DNA of 33,832 bases from Perkinsus chesapeaki ATCC PRA-425 (Eukaryota > Protista > Perkinsozoa): positions 1 to 33,832 of the forward strand of contig JAAPAO010000388.1 of the NCBI GenBank assembly GCA_013115145.1, given 5' to 3'. The notes under the pieces were generated by a model, which was not told the DNA's origin, made no database searches, and was given only the letters and a program-made list of their open reading frames with translations. A program made the translations under genes and the position numbers. Each line of letters opens with the position of its first letter. Position 1 is the first letter of the stretch. Shown here one piece after another: positions 22,492-32,584 of the stretch.

Positions 22492-23881
22492 ATGCTCTCT
22501 AATTCCCTAGCGGCTAACGGCGGCACTACATCTACTCGGCTGCCCAGGATTCCCCAGGCAATTGAGGGAAGGCCTCCGAAGCAGTCGCCTCACTTCAAGT
22601 TCGTTCTTGCGGTCATCGGCGTCATTGCCTTCATATACTGCGGTTTTGTTTTCGGTCTCTGGTGGCCGGCTCTTGGCGGCCGTTGGTCTCGGCTAATGAT
22701 GCTCATTTTCAACACCTTCGTCTGCCTTATGCTCTTGGCTTTCTTCCAGAGCTGCACTACCGATCCTGGTGGGGTCCCTCAATACTGGGGGTTCCACATA
22801 GGTGATGATGCTAAGAGGCGAAGGTACTGTAAAATGTGTCATGTTTGGAAGCCGGAAAGATGCCATCATTGCTCGGCATGTAATCGATGTAATCTTAATA
22901 TGGACCATCACTGCCCATGGCTCAACAACTGTGTTGGTTTCTACAACAGGAAGTTCTTCATCCAACTTCTTGTTTATGTCTACATTTGCATCGCTCTTGT
23001 CCTCCTATTTGGATTCCCTCGGGTAATAGCCATCCTCGACGAGCGTCTCAATCACGAGAGTGGTTTGATTCTTATGCACCCTCGTAGCTGTCTCGGTCTG
23101 TTCTCCTACGGCCTGTCGATACTACTGGCGATTTCTCTGTTTAATTTCGTTAAGTTTCATCTTGGGCTGGTTGCTGATAACTTCACGACGATTGAGAACT
23201 TCGATAGAGAGCCTGGAGTGAGGTCTAAGTATGACATTGGAAGGCGGGCTAATGTCGAGGAGGTAGTAGGGGGATATACTGGGGAAGGGTCGTTCAAAGG
23301 TACCGTACGCAATAGATGAGGATATGTTGGTATGTAGGAGGTCTTAAGCTTTTCTTTGATAGCGTTAAAAATGCAAAGTGCGGTAGTGGATGTGGTTAGA
23401 CTGTGCCGAATGGTGACTGGAAACGCAAGAGTTTTTAACGAAACCTCTCTCAATTCGTCGATCTTTGTCGCACTGTTATATGATAAAATAATTGCGGAAA
23501 GGAAATCGACTTTTTTCCACTGGCCAAATGTAGAGCCGGAGATCCATGGACGACCGGTGTGTCGTGTTAAGGAAGTCTTAGGGGAATTTCACAAGTTTCC
23601 GATCGTATTCGAATCGAGTTACTGTAGCGGAAGTGGTAGTAATGTTGCAGGTAATGGGCCCGACACCTTGGCTTTGGTGGCTGCCGTTCCACACTAGGTT
23701 GAGCGAGCCTGTTGGTGATGGCGTTAATTGGCGGATTCGGACATCTGATGGAGGAATCGGTATGAGCGCTACGAGCTCGATAAATGCAGGAAGCAAGAGT
23801 ACGACAGTAGCTCATCCGGTGACATCAGTGTCATCGGCAACCGATGCGGGGAGGGCTCCGGATTGGGCGATGCGGGAATGA
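22492..23881 (+). CDS. DHHC-type protein S-palmitoyltransferase; join(22492..23262,23651..23881)
   Basis: 'RYCKMCHVWKPERCHHCSACNRCNLNMDHHCPWLNNCVGFYNRKFF', TTxE-like 'TTIENF', and 'YDIGRRANVEE|VMGPTPWLWWLPF...GDG'. Phase-0 intron 23263-23650. Start codon tentative. Confidence 0.9.
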
Positions 23882-24141
23882 GGAAAGAATGCAGTAACAT
23901 TACAAGCTTTTCGATCAGCGAGTTTCTTAGCGGAGCGAAGCTGAGTTGCCTAGGCGGGGTTTTGAACGAGGACAATCGGAATTCGTAAATAGTTGCATTG
24001 GACAAAGCGAGGGAGGGCTTGTTGCTCAGTAGGACGCGTCCATGGCTTGCATGGTCTTAATATAATGAATAATGATATAGTACTTTATCTCTTCTATTGA
24101 GGTATTGATGTGAATGCTATTAGCAGCTGTTTAAAACTGTA

Positions 24142-27100
24142 ATGTCAAGCTTTCGGTCATCAACAACGGTGTTGAACAACAATGACTGTGATGTCTCGGC
24201 GGCTTCAACCAGTATAGGGGGAACACCCCCGAGAGATGCCATAGATGATCTTGAAATTGGCGCGTCCGAAGGGGAGCGGAGTCGGAATCAACAGGGCCAT
24301 AGCGGTAATAAGGGAAACGCGAAATGATTGTTACGAGCTTTGGTGTAGATGATAGGAGACGATCTAACAGGAGAACGGTAAGACGTAATTTGCTGAGGAG
24401 GATAAATGATTACACCAAATGTATATTTATGATGTTCTGTGGATTATTAGCCCTCACTTTATTAGTCTTAACAGGTAGGGGAGGGCGGGGAGAGAGGGAG
24501 ATCGGTGATCTAGTGCACGCAGTGACGCATATATCGTAGTCTATTTGATGTTCCTTAGAACTGTAACCAACTCAAACGCGCAAAGCAATAAACCAGATAC
24601 TTGTCCTTTGAGGCCTGCGTTCTAGAAACCGAGTAGAGTCGATAGCCAGAACGGAGGGGATCGATGAGACGAAACAATCACTGGGTTAGCATATATCGTA
24701 GTCTATTTGTTGAATATACCTAGGCAGATGTATGCCGTACCCACAGATGTCGGCGAAAAGTACTCAATATGGAATATGAAAATTCTATGGAATTCCGGCC
24801 AACTTTTTACGCATTTTAAAATGTATATAGTGTCGATTGGTAAAGTAGAATAATGAGGAACAGTGACGGATATGCCACCACTGTAGCCATAAAGCCGTGG
24901 GAGCTTAGAGGGTAAATATGATTCAATTCATAGTGGTCGGTTGAATATGGGCCTATTGGGTCCCAGTGAGCTATGCTCCAGAGGCGTCCCTGAGGTATTC
25001 CTACTAAGGATAAAGTATATTTTAATATCATTTAGTGCAGCTAATTATCTCATTATAACTTTACATTATTGTCATTTGAAGTCTATTACATTTCAGGTGT
25101 TACTGTATGGGCTATATTTGTTGTTGAGAAGAGCGATATGGTCTGTGACCGTCCGTTAAGAACGTAGTATGAGATGGACAGCGGAGCGAAGCGTTTTTTG
25201 TATGCAGGTTTTTGCTAGTTTATTTCGTCGGTGTCATATACGGCATATTAAAGTCCATCATCACTCGTGTCTTACTGTGCTATAATCCTAATACTAACCC
25301 CGAGAAGCCATTGAGGGTTAGAATACACGACGCTCTATTCACTGGTAATAAAGGGAGGGGGAGCTCAGTTCTGGCAGTTACGGCCCAGTGTCAGCTAAGG
25401 AATTCTCTAAAAAGAGTTGGGTGGCTCTGTCGGGTGAAGTGGCTGGGCGGCGCAATCGTTCTGGGCTATAAAAATAAAATTGGTGACAAGTACTGTACCG
25501 GAATACTACTGGTTCTGGTCATACTCCGGAGGCCAGCTGTGAGAGAATTTGGGTATTTAGAGGTACTACCTATATAATAGGTAGATGGTATTAGTAGGAA
25601 ATGCGTGGTGTTAATTGATAAAATAATGACGGGGTTATTGATCTGTCGGGCGAGAGGAGCTGCGGCCTAAGGGAAGAATATGCATTAAAGGAATGGTAGA
25701 GGTTTGATGAGCATAGTTGCTAAGAGCTACGAGGCTCCGTCGGGACATTTTATCTGCGCGCAGGGACTGACGAGGAGATCTGAATTTTGGGTTCAAAAAA
25801 TTGGCCTTGGCAGCCTTTGAGGTGTGATATGCCTTCTAATCATTTTAATAAGAAGTTAAATGAAGCTAACTAATCGGTCGTGGGCCTTTGAATACACCCT
25901 TTCATAGATGACCTTCCAGCCGACTGGATGACCATTTCTTCATTGCCTTTCAGCTTTCTGTTTTGCCTGGCCTATAATCGGTGTGGTGTGGCTTGCCTCC
26001 TCTGAAACATGCAGTACAACAGCGCCTACGCTCTTTGCAGTGTCAACGACAGTAAGGGAGGTGTCGTCGAGTGGAGGGTTGTTATTGTTGATGGTGGTGG
26101 TTTTGGTAGATTGTAGTATTGTTGATAGTGGCGTGGGTACTCACGTTATTGGGTCCACCGATAATGATAGGGATATTGATGTTGGCGATAAGAAGAGGCC
26201 ATATTAGAGTGGCAAAGGAGAGACAGGTTAAGGTTGATAGGGTAAGTGGCCCGAGGTGGGTATGTGGGTATTCATAAGGATAATACCAATAGTGGAGTAA
26301 TTTATGTATTTGAATGATATGAAACTCAACTGGATAGAATGAAGGGGTCCGAACATGTGTGATACCCATTCTGTATCCAACTCAAATAGGCTCGGGAAAA
26401 GGCTGCGAAACTTAGGGGCATTCCAGTCACGGTTTTCCCGCGCTGAACCGTGTCTCTACCTTACTAACGAAGACAAGGGCGACAGGTTTAGTGTAAACTC
26501 CGTAGATGATGGCGAATATATGATGCAAGTGTTGTTTTTTCGGGTAAGCTGTAGCGTGGCGGTATCTGTGTTGTTCAGGTCTTATCAGCATTACGTATTG
26601 TATCAGCCGATGATGCCGCGAAGGTGGCTGGCGAGTGCAGTGTTTGTTTGACGGAGTAAGAATGGGATGTTATGGTGTAACGGCAAAGCGCTGAGTTTTT
26701 CATTCATGAAGTTGTGGGTTCGAATCTATACTATAGCATTTTATTGTTTTCAGCTTTGCCGACGTTTCCAGTCGAGCCGAGGTTATCAGGGAGACTCCTT
26801 GTCAGCACTACTTCCATCATAAGTGTTTGGAGAACTGGGCAAAAGTAGGCGACGCGAGTTCGATCCCTGCTCCCTGCATTTTCTTTCCATAGAAAATCTC
26901 TTGTCTAATGTTTTATCTTGTATTACCTGATTTTATAAAGTTATTCATTGCTTCGTGTTACTTTACAGTAAAGTCTTCATTTTATAGGGTTATCCATTAT
27001 TCTTTGTTGCTTTATTTTATGAGGTTATTTATTAATTTTCATTACTTCCCAAGCAATACTATAGTAGCGATATATCCATAGTTAAATATCCTTGTGAAAA

Positions 27101-27413
27101 CGTTATTAAAAACGTTTTCCTGGCCTATGAACCTGTGTACTCAACAAGATCACTCCCCGTCAAGTTGGGTCTCCGATAAAATACAGACGTCTGCTTTCCA
27201 CGAGTTCTCGTCAACTATTGGGCAACAGGCTCTGAAACTGAGTAGTGGCGATTCGTGTGGGGGTAATCGTAGTGTGAATATGTTAGTGATGTTGATGATC
27301 AGGTTGGAAAGATGTCATGTCCGCTATGTCGAGCCGCGCTTGATCCCGAGGATCCAGAAGATGATGCTCTCTCAGTAGACGATCAGTCAGCCGCAGTGCC
27401 TTCTACCTATTAG
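24142..27413 (+). CDS. Transmembrane RING-H2 E3 ubiquitin ligase, multi-exon; internal exons partly unresolved
   Basis: Spliced RING-H2 'ECSVCLTD|FADVSSRAEVIRETPCQHYFHHKCLENWAK|VGKMSCPLCR' using introns 26656-26753 and 26845-27302. Upstream hydrophobic exons include 'CIFMMFCGLLALTLLVLT' and 'VTVWAIFVVEKSDMVCDRPLR'. Stop at 27411-27413. The link to the 5' exons is inferred. Confidence 0.75.
24527..24709. repeat. 21-bp perfect direct repeat bracketing a 141-bp segment (TSD-like)
   Basis: gcatatatcgtagtctatttg at 24527-24547 and 24689-24709, in a probable intron of the RING gene. Confidence 0.85.
26667..26739 (+). pseudogene. Degenerate full-length tRNA-like sequence inside RING-gene intron 26656-26753
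   Basis: A-box tggtgtaacgg (26673-26683), B-box gggttcgaatc (26716-26726), terminal atgtta/tagcat pairing and a following T-run. Anticodon not assignable. Confidence 0.5.
26845..26878 (+). other. tRNA 3'-half-like sequence (Gly-like) at the 5' end of intron 26845-27302
   Basis: gtagg-cgac-gcgag-ttcgatc-cctgc-tccctgc-a followed by tttt. T-stem pairs at 4 of 5 positions. Confidence 0.45.
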
Positions 27414-27954
27414 TAAACCATGTACAAAATATCGAAACATACATCATTTTTCAGACGGAGCGAACCTCTTGACGTCTTAGAACGACTTGTTCTTGAAAGG
27501 TTAAGGAATTCCCATGGCCGCCGCCGCACCACTCTTTTGTATGTATTCCCTCTGTCATAATCGACTGGATGTTTTACGCGCATCTAGTGCTTCTCTCTAA
27601 GTCGTTATTATTGTTATTATTATTACTAGCGGAGTCCTCAAAAGGAGAGTTGTGTTGTAGTCGAAGCCACTCGCAGATTCGATTGAGTTTCATATCCTTC
27701 TAATATGTCTACTGCGCGTCGACCCACTGATTTCTCTTTTGTAAGTTTCGGACGCTCTCTCTCTGATTCGCATAGGGCATCCAAATGACCTTTTCTGAAT
27801 CTTTGTTAGTGGGATCACAATCGGCTCTTGTGTGGAAGACGGTTACGATAAGTTTTCTCGAACTCTAAAAATTTATGATCCTCCAAATTCTACCAAATTT
27901 AAGATTGGTTTTTGTTTGTTTGTTACTGATAGACGGTAACGTATTAGACCCCAC

Positions 27955-29774
27955 ATGGCCATGTCACGGTGGCCCACCGTCGGCGGCCCAATTATAACGA
28001 AGCCGTGGAAATTGCCGGGTTCCGGGCAAGTTCTTGTTCTTGACTGTACGACAGATTTGGCCATGAGTTCTATGCAAAGCACGGAGAATCAGAATCCGAT
28101 TGTATGTGTCTTGAGCGTGGAGCGAAAGCTGGCATGGAAATTTCCCCTTGGCCTCGGAAGTCTTTCATTAAATTAGATATCTATCGTGGCCCAGACTCAT
28201 GGGGCATCATTTGTGCTACTACGGAGTATGACAGATTGTTAATTCACAATAGAAATAATCATTTCATTTTAGTATTGCAGAGCGTATCATTTTTCTCCTT
28301 CAGGTGATGATACCTGCATCACCATCGCAACCTATGCGAGTGTTGAGGGGACCACAAGTGAAGGCGAAGAATGATGACGAGTTCCTAGATGGAGTTAGGG
28401 AACAGTTCCATCAAAACCATAATGAAGTTGCTATTGACAAGTGATGCTTGCAAGTTAACCTAGAAAATATCTTACGGTTTCAGAAACGCGCTTATGGCTC
28501 ATTTGTCCGGTGAATCCAAGATTGACACCAACGAGCTCATGGAAACTGCTGCCAAGGTCCGCGCTTCCGACCCCGACACAGCGCGGTATTTCTTGTTCAG
28601 ACGGTCCCCAAGCTTCGTATTATTCCGCTTGCATTTGCCGCCCCGGAGAGCGAACATCGTGGGGTGCAGATGTACGCTGATGATAACGCTGGAGATGCTG
28701 GGATGAAGGAGAACGGGTAGGGTGATCGAAATTGTGTAAATCTCGAACTTCCTTAACGGAAATAACATGGTGCACTGGGATTATCAGAATGACTAAATGT
28801 CGGTTTGGCTTTCCCGAAGATCCTACAAGAGGTGGCCACGAGAGAAGCACTGTGAAATTATGGTACTGGACTGAGGCAGTCCAGGACATATACTAACGTC
28901 CCGAAGTTGGGTTAATTAGGGCTCCATAGTGCGCGTTGTAGAATATATGCCCCTCCGACCTCTTAGTCTCGGCTTGCTCCGGTTACAACGCTCATTTTGT
29001 GACCCTTTTAGCAGTGAGCCTCATATGTTCGAAACTTGGCCATTATGAATAATCTCTCTCGACCTTCAGACGAGCGGAAGGCATTGCGGCAATTTGCGGA
29101 TGCCCCCGAAGACCTATCCGAGGCGACGTCTTCATCAGCAGAGTGTTCAGTGACGGTCAGCACTGGTGGAGGTAGGCTAGTTTTGGCGGAGCGAAGCGAT
29201 CTACATGTATTCCGTTTTTATGTAGGGAGGATTTCGAGATTGCGGATATTCGCCCGAGTGCGGAATGGATTCAGACGGCGCACAAGGTGAAGACTAGGTT
29301 CGAAGAGGAGACGAAAGCCGCTATGGAGAATGCACCGGATCCGCTAGCCGATCTTCCCGAGGGTAAGATTGGGTTACCCATTCGTGCCGGCTCATTATAT
29401 TCTTTGTATACCGCTGTTTTGCTCTTCACTTTCACCTCTCCTGCATGTTGGACACGACCAATTGGTGGTCATCTCCTACCACCCTCTGGTTATTAAGTTG
29501 AAGCATCGCATAGATGTATAAAACGCTCTAGTAGCGTTGCCACTACAGCGGTCTGGCCTTAGGTTATTACAACTTGGAACAAGTTGACGAGGATGATGAA
29601 GGAGAGGCCCAGACAACAGAAGTGGGCACCGTAGCTGCACGCAAGGCACCTATGGTTAAGAAGCCAACACCGAGGCCGGAGGATATGGGCGCCTTAGATA
29701 GCAATACTTATAGAGATAACTATAAGTTCCGTCAGATGAAGGATAAGGTGAGAAGGCGAGAGATCGATCGGTAA
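27955..29774 (+). CDS. Probable multi-exon hypothetical protein; ends uncertain
   Basis: Exon-like pieces joined by GT-AG stretches ('QFHQNHNEVAIDK|NALMAHLSGESKIDTNELMETAAKVR', 'TRFEEETKAAMENAPDPLADLPE', 'DSNTYRDNYKFRQMKDKVRRRE'). No family recognised. Confidence 0.4.
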
Positions 29775-30852
29775 CAACTTGAAAAATACTTATAAAATTC
29801 CTATATCATTGATATAGGAATTATAATTGATATAATATCAATATTGAATTTGTTCGCAGCATGCCATAGCTGTCCATATTCATTATGAATGCCTAGTAAT
29901 ATGCCTTCGTGCGTACGGCGTGTATACGCCATGGTGTAACCTATGATATGGAGTGTCCTATTAGGACATGCTTAGTATTACTAAGTTAGTAAGCTTGTAT
30001 CACGCGCCATATAATGTCCAACTGCGGTCATGTTGATCATCCCGATGGATATATGGGTTCCGGGAGCGCGATCCTCCTTATCGTACCGCTCCGAAATAGT
30101 CGTGTCATGATGCCAGTCCATCTCGAGTGACCAACGCGCGTCTGTCGGCGCGAATGTCGAGTCAAGAATGCTCGAACATGGCTGGTAGGCTTTTGCCAGC
30201 CGTGTTTCGCCATTATTTGGCTCAGTAGCTCCATCGGAACGGCGGTCACCAACCGACGTAGGGGGCGAAGAGAAATGAGGAAAAGAAGTTCTTATCCTAG
30301 ATTTGTCCCCATTGGCGGTTGCAGGAATGTTGCTGTCGTGTAACACACGATAGAAGACCCTTGAGAAGTCTCACCATTAGTGACGAGTTGCCAGTAATGG
30401 CGAGAGCTTGTCTAGGGAAGCGGTCGTTACTAGCGACAGCTTCTGGGGCAACAAAGACTCTTAGGTTTCAACCAAGTTGTTAAGGCGGAATTGTTGGTAT
30501 AGGAGGGCCTCCTGCAAGGCTGAGCGTTGAGCGGCTGAACGGCGAGCCCTGAGCCGACTCGCGGCGCTGCACGAAACGCTGCTCTAACTGGGCAACAATC
30601 TACAATCGGTTATCGTGTACCCAAAAAGGTACTGGTGAATCCACTTTGTTGATAAAATTGGTATCTCATAACTTCATGAACAAGTTACGTCAGTTCTCAT
30701 ACGTGAGTTTCATCCGCGAGAATTTGCCACTGGCCAATTGCCAGTGTAATTTCGCTGGAAGTCCCGGTCTTCCGAGTCGGAAGTTCCGACTCTACTCATG
30801 AATCAATGCCCATTTGTGTATTGTGTAAGGGGTTCATGATGAAATCATCATG

Positions 30853-30901
30853 ACTCAAATCTATCAGATGATGAACGGTTCATCATCTGATAGATTTGAG
30901 T
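30853..30901. repeat. Perfect 49-bp palindrome (24-bp arms, 1-nt centre)
   Basis: actcaaatctatcagatgatgaac-g-gttcatcatctgatagatttgagt. Confidence 0.95.
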
Positions 30902-31082
30902 TCACGTAGATGCTCAAACTTTGAGCCGACTTTAAGTCGACTTTAAGTCGACTACGTATGTGTCTCTGATTGCAGAAGTTGCTCATCCTTCCGACCACAC
31001 GTGCTGGGCTTAAAGAAATCCGCACGAACCATAATATGGGATATGGGCCCTGTATTCTTATTTACTGCTACGGTTACCTTAG

Positions 31083-31390
31083 ATAACTGTAGCGATCGAA
31101 GTCGACGACGATATCCGCGAGGATGATGTCCGAGTTAATGTCAGACCTACCCATCTGACAGTCAGAATCACGGGCGCCGATGGTTTCGACGGTAAGTCTG
31201 ATAGCGTAGTCTCGATATTGGGGTATTGGCAGGCGAACTGAATGGCAAAGTAGATCCGCGAAAGTCTACTTGGGAAGTTGATGACGGCGAGGTTAAGATT
31301 ACTTTACAAAAGGCTGCCATCAGCGACCCTGAGGATGAGGACAGAACATGGTTCGACTGGTGGGGAGACCTCTGGGCTAAGAAAATGTAA
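31083..31390 (+). CDS. 3' exons of a CS (p23/NudC-like) domain protein; join(<31083..31191,31233..31390)
   Basis: 'ITVAIEVDDDIREDDVRVNVRPTHLTVRITGADGFD|GELNGKVDPRKSTWEVDDGEVKITLQKA...WWGDLW' matches the NudC-type CS-domain pattern. 41-nt intron 31192-31232. 5' exons not found. Confidence 0.7.
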
Positions 31391-32584
31391 GTTGGTTGAA
31401 TGTTTTTAGTGGAATAACGGGTTGGCTTTCGCTTTCGAATTCCAGTATCAGCTCTCACGAGTAGCCGGTCACTCATTGTAAATTATGATCTATAATCCGC
31501 CATGCTGTTAGAGTTGAATAATTGAACCCCGGCATATCTGCGTTATCCCTCAGCAATACCCTCTACTATATCACTTACACTTTTCCTGTTTTCTTCAGTA
31601 TTTCGGTCATTAGTATGTGTTGTCTGTGGCTCGTATCGAGTCCCGAAGCTGTGTCGTCTAACGTGAGTTTTTATTGGTTTGCGCTGACCGGATATTTCAT
31701 ACCTGTGTCGGAGAATTGAATTACGCGCAGAAGATTCGTTTGGGTTGGCGCGCGCCCGCGTATATGTGAAAGTATGCTATCGGATATTTGAGTGATAGTC
31801 GGAACTTTTGAGATGCACGAATTGAACGGATATCAGTATGACTGTACTCGTCGGATATTGCAGATGACCGAATCGGATAAATGCATGCTGGTTGTAAATA
31901 AAGGTGACGCAATATTTGCTTGCTACCCCTCGGAAATACCAATGCGTATATCGAAAACATGACCGGGAAAAGCTGCAGACTCCCTATAAATATCTAAGAA
32001 ATTCCATAAACTAATGTTCAGACTCGGGTTGGCTATTTTTCTTAGAGTCGCCAGCGAGATGGAATGCTTTTGAGCATCCACACTTCATCGTTTAAAACTG
32101 TCCTCGTATGATTCTCATTGTCAGGTAACTTTCAGCATTCCCTCAACATTCCTTGGTTACTGTCCAGCAATACGTCTACTAGCGCTCATACACTTAACTT
32201 CACGTCTGATTTGAGTTGTTAGATAGGCAAGAGTATAAGGGGAACATCAGTGTTATTCGCGAATTCGAAGTGAAGACAAGCTCCGATAGCACGTTCAAGT
32301 TGAACGGTTCAACCGTAGGTGATGAATAGTGTGGGCCTCACAGTGTGAGGCATTTAACGCTGCTCTGGAATAGCGGCTTATGCAACATTTGGTCAGTATG
32401 GGAGGTACGAAGCAAGGAGCATTACCGGGCAAGGAGCATTCGGGTTAGGCTGGGAGCTTCCATGATTGTTAATAGTTTGGCCGGCTTATCGAGCAATGCG
32501 TAGCTGGCTACAAGCTAATGTCTACTGAGTTCAACTTTAACGTGATTTTATCGTTCTTTTGCGCTCATCTCTCCGCAAGCTTAC

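Noticed and set aside
23356-23697. 113-aa ORF between the DHHC exons
   Set aside because: It lies within DHHC intron 23263-23650, has a non-ATG start and no recognisable motif.
26785-26844. Apparent 5' half and intron of an intron-containing tRNA-Gly/Trp
   Set aside because: This stretch is the RING-H2 coding exon (TPCQHYFHHKCLENWAK).
30037-30252. Minus-strand ORF faintly resembling a non-LTR reverse transcriptase segment (VRAFLTRHSRR...)
   Set aside because: No PQG or YADD motifs and no flanking RT sequence. The similarity is too weak without a profile search.
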